From contig PS015129.1 of NCBI GenBank assembly GCA_048213135.1, forward strand, positions 79,369-119,636: 40,268 nucleotides of DNA, given 5' to 3'. Shown here in pieces: positions 12,441-22,723 of the stretch. The notes beneath the pieces are model-generated. The model was given only the letters and a program-made list of their open reading frames with translations, was not told the DNA's origin and made no database searches. The translations under genes were made by a program, and so were the position numbers. This stretch comes from Reclinomonas americana ATCC 50394 (taxonomy: Eukaryota). Numbering within the stretch: position 1 is the first letter of the stretch; each line of letters opens with the position of its first letter.

Positions 12441-12661
12441 CAGAGGAGCGCACATAGTCGACGGCCTGCGCCGGCGTAAAGTCCTTGTGCAGCTTGTTGG
12501 TGTTCCACTGAGAGAGAGAGGAGGATGTGTGAGAGAGCGCGCGGGAAAACCATTGACAGCAAGACACACACACACACCTGCAGGTTGAGCTGCGGGAGAG
12601 TGGTGATGGAGCGCGCTCGGGTCGCGGTGAGACCCAGGCGGCGAGACAAGTGGCCGAGCAT
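12441..12661 (-). CDS. glnA: First two coding exons (12578-12661, 12441-12507) of the glutamine synthetase, including a presequence, on an apparently inverted contig
   Basis: MLGHLSRRLGLTATRARSITTLPQLNLQ|WNTNKLHKDFTPAQAVDYVRSS+G ends in phase 1 and joins the phase-1 exon at 13672 (GT GCG AAG ATG), giving TPAQAVDYVRSSGAKMLDFKFVD, a typical GSI N-terminus. Confidence 0.8.
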
Positions 12662-13135
12662 TCTGTGCGCGTGCGAGTGTGGGTGAGACATGTCGCAACA
12701 AAAGGCGGAGAAATACAACACGAAAAAAGAGAGGAGAGTCTCGCGTTTGTGTGAGGGGGGAGAGTCGGGGCACAAGTGTTCGCCGCACACGCATGAGTGA
12801 CAACAGACACACAGAGAGAGAGAGGACATGCAGGAGGCGACTTTCTTTGTTGCGTTTGTGTGTGTCTTGTGCGCTCTTCTCACCGTGAAAGCGCGAAACG
12901 AAAGCACAAACAAAAATGCGGCGCCAAAAACCGAGCGTTGCGTGATATCTCTCTTTGATTATCGCGTGGTGCGAGAGGAGACGAGGTGGTCTTGCTTGCG
13001 GGGGGTGCAGGGAGGGAGAGAGAGGGGGGGAGGGGGAGGGGGAGGGGGAAGAGGGAAGGAGAAAGGGGGAAGAGAGGGAGAGAACGGGAGGTGTTTTGCG
13101 ACTGTAATCGGAAAAATCGGTGGTGGAGAGGGAGA

Positions 13136-13191
<56 letters not shown>

Positions 13192-13671
13192 GAGAGAGAG
13201 AGAGAGTAGTAGTACNNNNNNNNNNNNNNNNNNNNNNNNNNNNNNNNNNNNNNNNNNNNNNNNNNNNNNNNNNNNNNNNNNNNNNNNNNNNNNNNNNNNN
13301 NNNNNNNNNNNNNNNNNNNNNNNNNNNNNNNNNNNNNNNNNNNNNNNNNNNNNNNNNNNNNNNNNNNNNNNNNNNNNNNNNNNNNNNNNNNNNNNNNNNN
13401 NNNNNNNNNNNNNNNNNNNNNNNNNNNNNNNNNNNNNNNNNNNNNNNNNNNNNNNNNNNNNNNNNNNNNNNNNNNNNNNNNNNNNNNNNNNNNNNNNNNN
13501 NNNNNNNNNNNNNNNNNNNNNNNNNNNNNNNNNNNNNNNNNNNNNNNNNNNNNNNNNNNNNNNNNNNNNNNNNNNNNNNNNNNNNNNNNNNNNNNNNNGA
13601 CTCTCCCTTTTTCGGGTCGCTTGCTATGTGTCTTTTTGGACGCGGTTGCTGATTGATTACATTATTCGCAG

Positions 13672-15074
13672 GTGCGAAGATGCTCGACTTCAAGTTTGTC
13701 GACATGTTTGGCACGTGGCAGCACTTGGGTGTGCCGGTGGCCAGCAACCTCTCGGAGTCGCTGTTTGCCAATGGACTCGGATTCGATGGTTCCTCCATTC
13801 GCTGCTGGGAGGTGCGTGAGGGTTGTCTTGCACTTCTCTCTTTGTTTATTTGTTGTGTGTCTGGGTGGCTGCGAGTGGGACGGTGCATCGTGAGCGGGCT
13901 GTGCTGGGTGTGGGGTGTGATGAGATTTTCCTGTATTGAGTTGTTCCGTCTCCCGTATTGTGTTTCATGCTTTCTTGGGTGCAGTCGCATGGACTTGCTG
14001 CTGCATTTACCTTTGTCTCTTCACGTGTCTTGTGTTGCATTCTCTGTGCGTCGTCTTCGTCTCTTAAGTGTTCTGTGCATGGCTTGTCGTTTTTCACTTG
14101 GCTCAACACCTCATTTCGTTGCTGTTCTGTGATCCTCTTCCGCCGACTATTGACCAAGCTGCTGCTCTCTCTTGCACACCATCTTTGTGCATGGCTTGCC
14201 GATCTTCACTTTGCGCACTTTTCCTTTTCTGTCTATGCATGTAACTTGCTTTGTTGTTCTCTGTGATCCTCTCCACACATCGGCTGTTCTGACCAAGCTG
14301 CTTTTGTATCTGCTCTTGCCTGTGATCATGCATTCTTACTCTCTTTCCCTCTCCACACAGGGCATTGAGAACTCGGACATGGTGCTGGTGCCTGACGCCA
14401 AGACCGCCGCTGTGGACCCGTTCCACAAGGAGAAGACCGTCTCGTTCACTTGGTTGCGTTTTGCTTTCCTTCCTTCCCTGACCCTTCTCCCTTCTGATCG
14501 TTGTTCGCAGCTCGATCAACAACCCCGATGGCACGCCGTACGACCGCGATCCACGGTTCATTTTGGACCGTGCGCACAAATACTTGCAGTCGACCGGCAT
14601 TGCCACCTTCTTCAACGTGGGACCCGAGGCCGAGTTCTTTGTCTTTGACGGTGTGTTGACATTTCCTGCCATTGTGTGCTACAACGCCTCTCTCACCCCT
14701 CACCCCCACCCCACAGGCGTCTCGTACGAGCTGCGCCCGAACTCTGCCTCGTACTCCCTCGAGTCCGAGGAAGGGCCGTGGGAGACCGGCAACAAGTTCT
14801 TCCGCGGCAAGCCCAACCTCGGCTACAAGCCGCGCGTCAAGGGCGGCTACTACCCCGTGAAGCCGAACGACTACGTGAGCGACGTGCGTGCCGATATGGC
14901 GTTGGCGATGGAGGTGTGTTTGCATTTTTCTTCGCAATTCGTGTGGACGGGAGTCTGATTGTTTGTACACAGAGCTTGGGCATTCCCATTGAGGCGCAGC
15001 ACCACGAGGTCGGTGCCGGCGGTCAGTGCGAGATTGGCATGAAGTACAACGAGGCTCGCTTGATGGCTGATCAG
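13672..15074 (+). CDS. glnA: Type I (GSI-beta-like) glutamine synthetase, partial (exons 13672-13811, 14361-14452, 14511-14650, 14717-14913, 14973-15074; C-terminal half absent)
   Basis: LDFKFVDMFGTWQH, GLGFDGSSIRCWEGIENSDMVLVPD, PYDRDPR, VGPEAEFFVFD, NLGYKPRVKGGYYPVKP and EAQHHEVGAGGQCEIGM are GlnA signature motifs. Confidence 0.95.
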
Positions 15075-15090
15075 GTGCGTGACTTTTTCC

Positions 15091-15162
<72 letters not shown>

Positions 15163-15980
15163 NNNNNNNNNNNNNNNNNNNNNNNNNNNNNNNNNNNNNN
15201 NNNNNNNNNNNNNNNNNNNNNNNNNNNNNNNNNNNNNNNNNNNNNNNNNNNNNNNNNNNNNNNNNNNNNNNNNNNNNNNNNNNNNNNNNNNNNNNNNNNN
15301 NNNNNNNNNNNNNNNNNNNNNNNNNNNNNNNNNNNNNNNNNNNNNNNNNNNNNNNNNNNNNNNNNNNNNNNTTCCCCTCTCTCTTTCTCTCTCTCCCTCC
15401 TTTCAGGATATGAATGCAAAACGAGAAAAACACAAAATGCGTTTCTTGCTCACAAGGCGACCGACAGTACTGCTTCACTATGGTACAACACAATATGCGT
15501 TTCTGGAAACGCTGTAGCGACGCCACCACCATTTGACAACACAAAATGCGACACTGTGTAGACAGAACCTTACAAGCGTCGCTGTGGTGTTCTCAAGGCG
15601 ACGACGAACCACCCAACCTGCACATGCTTCTCGGCTCCGCACTGTCAATCGATACGTATGCCCCGCTCGTCTGGCACCCAATCCACCATCCAACCACGCG
15701 CTAGCAAGCGATTAGCAGAAGCCTGGACTGCTGCTGCCGTAAAGACACACCTGCCAAGCAAAGCAGTCGTTGCTGACTCTTCAGCACGATGCATTGATGC
15801 CATGCAAGAGAGTTACTTTTGCTTCGCCCATGACTAACGCCAGCACGGCGTGCTTGTGCCTCGTATCACCTTGCCCCCCCCCTACTCCCCAACTACATGT
15901 ACAACACGCGCACGTTGCGGCTCTTTTCATTTTGTATTGAATCAGTCGCACGCAGCAAAGCACAAAACAGAGGGCGCTGT

Positions 15981-16264
15981 TTAGAGGCCCAAGTTCTCCA
16001 GGTCGTTGACGACAGTGCCGACGCCCGCGATGGCCTGGCCGGCCGACGAGAGGCCGCCACCAATGTTCGGCGGCTGCGCCGAGAACTCATTGTAGGCGTT
16101 CTGGCCCGCAGAGAACACCGAGCCGGCGTCCTGCACCGTCTGGCCGATGCCTGTTAAAAGAAGAGGAGGACGGGGAGTGAGAACAATGATGAGATTGGGG
16201 GGAAAAACGTGAGTGCGAGAAGTTTCGCACCTTGGAAGATGTTTCCCATCGATGGGCTGCTCAT
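15981..16264 (-). CDS. 67-aa Gly/Ala-rich small protein (exons 16231-16264, 15981-16150)
   Basis: An A-rich leader precedes the ATG, followed by a G|GTGCGA...TAACAG intron and GC3-rich codons: MSSPSMGNIFQGIGQTVQDAGSVFSAGQNAYNEFSAQPPNIGGGLSSAGQAIAGVGTVVNDLENLGL*. Confidence 0.75.
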
Positions 16265-17230
16265 GATTGCTGATTGTTTTTTGTTGAAGGGAAACTGTGA
16301 TGGTGGTGGGGATGGCATCAGTGAGCACAAGGAGAAGGGCGAAGAGGGGAGGGAGCGAGGAGGCATGGCCAAGAGAGCAAGTGCGAAAATTAGACATGAC
16401 GAGTGGGTGAGAGTGGGCAGCAGCGAGGGAAAGGAGAGGCGAGGTGCCTGTGTGCTAGGGTAGAGAGGTCACGTGTGGATCGTCGTGGCCACCGCGTTAC
16501 TCACCGACAAAAATGCGATGAAGGTCGTGAAAATTCCACTGTACTCATGCAAATGTCAAGGTTACAAAAGAAACGGACGAGCCCACCACGCTGCCTCCAA
16601 AGCATCAGCACAACATCCTGTTGACGGGAGCTGTGGATTTTTTCTGCATCCAATCTTGCGCTTGACTGCGAAGCATGACCGGAACCGTGGCGTTTTCTGT
16701 TGTCGCATACGATACATCAAATCTACGCTGCAGTGAGACAGCAGCAGCAGCGATGCCTCGCGGTGGTGACCTAAGAATGTGAAGTGAACACTGGACAACG
16801 ATCAAGCGAATTCCATGACGCGCAGCGCAGTGAGGCCCGCCACACTCCACGCCGTGCGGTACGTCTCCACTCCCTTCTATCGAGCGGCTTGTCGATGTGC
16901 CTATCTGTTGCTTTCTTTCCTTGTTCTCTTTGCCTCCTCTCGCTCTTCTCCCCTCATCATTTCCACTCATTTTTCTGGCCATGGTCCCTGGCCTGGCCCT
17001 CATCATCTACGACACCCTCTCTTCCATCTCTTTCCCCCCTCCCGCCTCCCCCCGCGACAACGTCATGACGGTGTGTACGCACCTTTCACTAAAAAAGAAG
17101 AAGAAGAAGAACCTCAAAAAAACCCCAACTGAGACTGAGACGGTGGAGGGATCATTTCTACCTGCCTTCTCGCAATCACTTATTCCCTCTCTCCCTCTCC
17201 TCTCTCTATCTCTCCCCCCACACGCATGTT

Positions 17231-19790
17231 TTACACGCGGTCGCTCCTGGCCGAGTGGCTGCCATCACGAGGCGACGCAGCGTGCGCGTGGATGTTGTGT
17301 CCGTTGACGACCAGCGGTGCACTGGCCTCGTCGTCGTCGTCGTGGTGCGCAAACGAAATGTTGCTGTTGCGCTTGCCAATGGCACTGGCGGCGTCGTGGC
17401 ACAGCCACATGGCGAACTCGGGCTGCTTCGGCACGGCGTTGTAGTCGTCCGGCACGTGCCACTCGGTGTGATCCTGGAACAGCTGGTCCTTTGGCGGCAC
17501 CGTGGGGCAGAAGACACGCACAATGAAGCCGCTGAATGCGCCGCAGCCGAGGCCCATGGCCAGACTGATGCCAGTGGAGGCCAACTGGTACAGCGCCTGG
17601 TCATCGCCACGAGCGAACAGCGAGTTGAAGTCCTGGCCGTACACAATGGAGGAGGCCGTGGCTGTGCTGACCACACCCGAGATACCGCCGAGAATGCCGG
17701 GCAGGCCGTGCAGCGCCAGCACGCCGCAAGTGTCCTGCAGACCAATGGTGCGCTCCAGGAACGGAATAATGTACTTGTAGGTGATGCACGACAGAATGCC
17801 GGCGACAAAGCCAATCGTGGCGGCGCCCTGTGCGTGAGCAGGAGCAGTGGGGAGTGAGGTGGTGGATCGGAAAAATTAGGAAATGGTGAGTGACACGCAA
17901 CACCAGGCCCGATAATAAGATCCGACGACGTGCCGACAGCGACACCGCCAGCCAGAGTGGCGTTCTGGATCATGACCATGTCAAAGTGACCGTTGGTGAG
18001 CTTGCTCATGGCGAACGTGCTGATGACGCTGGACGAGAGCGACAGCACAGTGTTGATGACGACGCGGAACTGCGAGTTGCCAGAGATGGCGGCGTTGAAC
18101 GACGGCCAGCTGCAAGACAAAGAGGTGAGCACGACAGCGAGGAAGACATGGAAGAAGGCCGCCGCTGCAGCGGTGCGTCCACGAAACTAACTGTAAAGAG
18201 GAGAGTAGCATGTCAGAAAATGAAACGAACAAGAGAGAGAGAATGATGGGTACGCAACATCCACAGGAAGAACGTTCCAATGACGGCGAAGCTGCAAACA
18301 AGCAAGGACAGGATGTGAGGCGAACAGCGCACGCGAAGTGTCTCTGACAGGTTTGCAAATCACACACACACACTCACATGTCGCTCTGGTAGCTGGAGGT
18401 GCGATCGGACGCGGTCTTGCCCTCCTTCGGCGACAGTACCATGCTGGCCGCCAGGCCAAAGAAGGCACCGAACTNNNNNNNNNNNNNNNNNNNNNNNNNN
18501 NNNNNNNNNNNNNNNNNNNNNNNNNNNNNNNNNNNNNNNNNNNNNNNNNNNNNNNNNNNNNNNNNNNNNNNNNNNNNNNNNNNNNNNNNNNNNNNNNNNN
18601 NNNNNNNNNNNNNNNNNNNNNNNNNNNNNNNNNNNNNNNNNNNNNNNNNNNNNNNNNNNNNNNNNNNNNNNNNNNNNNNNNNNNNNNNNNNNNNNNNNNN
18701 NNNNNNNNNNNNNNNNNNNNNNNNNNNNNNNNNNNNNNNNNAATGAGGGCGCCAAAGCTGATGAGGAAGGCAATGGCGGCAAAGTTGCCGAGGATGAGGT
18801 TGTTCACACTCAGCGACAGTGTCTCCCAGTGGCCCGTGGCCACATTGTGCCAGAACGCCTCGGTCAGGATGCCCCACTCAATGCACACAGCGGCCAGAAT
18901 CATGGTGAAGCCGAGCGCGCCAAAGCCGTAGCGACGCAGGAAGGTCATGAGGTAGCCGAAGCCTGTGTGAGTGAGAGAGTGGAAATGAGAGATTCGGCAT
19001 CGAGACATATACGGAAAAAGCAGGGAGATCTGCATGCGTGCGTCTCACACACCGATGAATGTCATGATGCAAATGCCTGTGGCATGTCGCACACACGTCA
19101 GTTTGGATGCACACCACTCACACACGGAAAAAAAGTAATGGTGAGTTGTGTGTGACGCAACCACTATAGAAGGTGTAAAACGAGGCGACGCGGAACTCGG
19201 GGCCGACTTGATCGGGAATGGAGAGGCCATTCGAGTAATCCGTGAGCGTAAAGTAGAGAATGATAATGGAGACTTGGAAGATGACGAGCGGGAGGAAGAG
19301 ATCCGTCACACGCGACGTCCACGAGCGCGCAATGTGATGATCGTGCGCGCTCATGGTCTTGGAGCGCGCATGCTGAATGTCGCGGTCGACCTCCATCAAC
19401 TGCGTGTCCATGCAGCGCAGGTTCAATTGCAAGCCAACAGTGATGCAGCAACAAAGCGAACACACACACGCAACTCGATTGCGCCGCTGGCGCAGCTCAA
19501 TGAGGTTGCGCTCCAGCTCCGCCACCTGCGCATGCGAATCTCCCTCCGCCGCAAGAGTGCCTGCGCGCGTGCATGCATGACACACAAGTCACGCACTTGC
19601 ACACCAGTGTGCGCCAGCAAAGTGAACATAGATACGGAACGAGAGAGGGCCTCCAGCGTGGAAATCTCCTGCGCGCTCAGTGACGCCAGTTGACGCGACA
19701 GTTGACTGCATGCACACAATGAGCAACACACGCACGCACACTCATGCACGCACAGAGAGAGAGACGCAACTCATTGCTTGTGTGCGCCAT
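17231..19790 (-). CDS. Rh-type (Rh50/Amt superfamily) ammonium transporter 1, interrupted by gap 18475-18740
   Basis: [65 protein letters not shown] and DTCGVLALHGLPG. The start was rebuilt as MAHTSND (exons 19771-19790, 19641-19705, 19475-19560, 19162-19399, 19053-19076...). Confidence 0.92.
18188..18190 (-). other. Predicted 3-nt microexon (TTA) in Rh transporter 1
   Basis: ctttacag|TTA|gtttcg. It restores LW-I-Y-WPSFN. Confidence 0.75.
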
Positions 19791-19941
19791 TTTCCTCTGC
19801 TCACTCGCTCTCTTCAAGCGCACTAACTCCTTTCGTTGTGCCGGATTTGGCAGTGGCGACCAGGTGTCTTTTTGGACCGCGGGGAAATTTTAAGAAAGGG
19901 AGAGTCAGTGTGTCTTGCCAACCAAGAAGCGAGAAGAAAGA
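19791..19941. promoter_or_regulatory. Putative bidirectional promoter between the divergent Rh genes
   Basis: Only 151 bp separate the predicted ATGs at 19790 (-) and 19942 (+). No specific element was identified. Confidence 0.5.
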
Positions 19942-22448
19942 ATGGACTATGAGATGCGAGAGCTGGGCCAGCCGCATGGCGCGTGGCCATTGGGCGGGAA
20001 CAACAAGGAGGCGGCGAACCGGTATGTGCGCGGAGTGGAAGTGCGTGCATGCTTACGTGAGCCCAATTGAACTGATGCGCGCTGTGTGCAGTTTGGTGAC
20101 CGAAGTGGCGCAGCATGCAGAGGTAATAGTCGTCGGTGCTGTTGGTGCGCGCGCAGTGCTCATTGTCGTACACACGCACAGAGGCTCAAGCAAAGAGAGC
20201 AGCATGCAGTCGACGATTTGAACAGTTGCGCTCTCCCTTCCTGTTTGTGCACTCTCCACATTGCTCACACGACGCGCAGACAAACTGTCGGATGCCACTG
20301 TGGCGCCGCACGAGGTGGACACTGCAGAGGTGGCGCTGGCCAAGGCGCGCCGCAAGAGTGAAAAGGTACACGGAGACTCTCCCTCTCCCTCACTCTCACT
20401 CCCAATGCGCTCACTCTGGCGTGCAGATTACGGAGTACCTGCAAGAGGCCAGCAACATTGCGCATCGCGAGTCCGTGGCGCAGCGAGTGTATCCACTCCC
20501 GCACGATGACAAGGGCGCGACGCATGATGGTGGCATTGATGACGTGACTGAGGCGCACCCGCACTCGTCGTTCTGCGACCGCCTGCTCACTGTCATTCCG
20601 GCGCTGCTCTTCGAGACGGTGATGATCATTCTCTTCTGGCGCCTCACGGCCTACGACTTTGCCGTGCTCAGTGCCGCGCAGAGTGGCGCGCCTGCTCGTG
20701 TCACTGATTTCTACGAGTTGAGAATCTCCACTCTCCGCATTAGTCGTGTCTCTCTCTTCTGTCTCGTTCGCTCACCCCTTCTTTGTCTGTGTGCGACGCA
20801 GCATGTACACGGGCATTGCACTCATGGTGTTGGTCGGTTTCGGCTTCCTCATGACATTTATGCGCTCGCACGGATTCGGTGCGCTGGGACTCACCTTTTT
20901 CGTCACGGCCGCCGGCATTCAGTGGGGCATGCTGTGCGTCGCCTTCTGGGAGGTGGTGCACACGGGTGAATGGGATCACCGCTTCGAGCTCAGCATCCTT
21001 CTGCTGATCGAGGGTCTCTTTGCCGCCGCCGCCGTGCTCATCACGCTGGGCGTCGTCATTGGCCGTGTCTCGTTTGTGCAAGTGCTGTACATTCTCGTCC
21101 TCGAGATCCCACTCTACTCGATCAACTACTACATTGGCAAGCACCACTTCAAGGCCTCCGACATTGGCGGCAGGTGAGCGAGAGAGGGGGGAAACGCAAA
21201 GATGTCTCGTGCAGCACGCTGACGACAGTCTCGTGTCGCCACAGCATGTACATTCACTTGTTCGGCGCCGTGTTCGGCCTCACTCTCTCCAAGTTCCTGA
21301 AGGAGGACGCGGTGGCGGCGCGCCAGCGCTCCTCTCAGGAGGACGCCGCCACACGCTACAACAGCGAGCTCACCGGTTTCCTCGGCACTCTGTTCCTGTG
21401 GATGTTGCGTGCAGTGCGCTGTCTGCTGCGTCTCTTTTTTTTTGTCTTAGTGCTCACTCTTCCCCCTCCACATTACTCCCCTGTTTGCCATGCTCAGCTA
21501 GTTGCGTCTGCCACGTGAGCTGTTTTAAGATGCAATCATGCCCTTATGCTTACCATCCTTCTTCTGTCGTCCTCGCAGCTGGCCATCGTTCAACGGCGCG
21601 TTCGCCGGCGACAACCAGTACCGCGTGGTCATCAACACTGTGCTGGCGCTCCTCGGTGCCGTGATTGCCACCGTGGCCACCTCCCACGTGTGCAAGGGCC
21701 AGTTCGATATGGTGACCATGCAGAACGCGACGCTGTGCGGCGGTGTGGCCGTCGGCACTGCTTCCGATCTGGTCATTGGCTCGGGAGTTGCGATATACTC
21801 ACCCGGCCACGCTCTCCTTCTTCTTTCCTCAACTGTCACTGAACGTCCTCCTGTGCAGTCTGCCATCATTGTCGGCACCTGCGCCGGCATCGTCTCCACT
21901 CTTGGCTTCCTGTACATTACGCCATACCTGACCGCCCGGTTCGGCCTGAAGGACACGTGCGGCGTGCTCAACCTGCACGGCGTCCCCGGTGTGATTGCCG
22001 GCATTGGTGGCATGTTTGCCACGGCGCTGGCCAAGGAGATCAACTACGGCCAGGAGTTCGCGCTGCTGTTCCCCAACAACAAGAAGCAGCCGGCGTACCA
22101 ACTGGCCACGCTGGTGGTGTCCATTGGCATTGGATTTGCCGGCGGCTTCCTCTGTGCCATGTTCCTCAACCTCGTTGCGTTTTCACCTCCCCTTTTAAGC
22201 ATCCTTTTGCGCGTCGGACTCACGCAGTGGCGCAGACTCGCTGCATGATGTCACCGGTGAAGCGCTGGTACAGCGACAAGGTCGAGTGGCACACACCAGA
22301 CGACATTGTCGTGCACCCGCTGATCGCCAAGAACATGCAGCTGCGAGTTGCGTTTGCTTGCTCCAATCCTCTCCGTGGTCTATACGTGTGCGACTCACAC
22401 ATCATCGTGCATGCATGCATCCCACAGGCGGCCACAAGTGCCCTCTAA
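19942..22448 (+). CDS. Rh-type ammonium transporter 2
   Basis: [70 protein letters not shown] (both pore His present) and YSDKVEW. ATG 19942, TAA 22446-22448. Confidence 0.94.
21498..21500 (+). other. Predicted 3-nt microexon (CTA) in Rh transporter 2
   Basis: atgctcag|CTA|gttgcg. It restores LW-I-Y-WPSFN. Confidence 0.78.
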
Positions 22449-22723
22449 ACCACCATAGTACCCTTTTTACACGAGAGACGACAAGAGATCTCGTCAGTGT
22501 CGCTTGCTCGCTCTTTTTTTCTCTCTCCATATCTCTTTGCACTCTCTTGGCCCGTCGAAACACACGTAAGTGAAGACGTTGACACGCGGTGTGACTTTGC
22601 GACGAAGAACGAAGACTGTTGTCCCGTCAAAATCCGGCATTTTGTCGTGTCCGAGAGCTCACGCCAGCGCCACGCACACACACACAAGACAACAAGCTGG
22701 AACATATATAGAAGAGTGAAAGG

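Noticed and set aside
11338-13990. Long ORFs in the supplied track that span N runs
   Set aside because: Artefacts of translating gaps as X.
13672-15074. Bacterial contamination suggested by glnA
   Set aside because: The gene is split by introns with the same donor, branch and acceptor signals as its neighbours.
21404-21578. GC-AG intron (ATG TT|GCGT) giving LWMFWPSFN in both Rh genes
   Set aside because: Possible but disfavoured. GTTGCG is cut at GT elsewhere (CHWCH|VME), and both paralogs have an internal AG|NTA|GTT microexon giving LWIYWPSFN. Reads are needed to exclude it fully.
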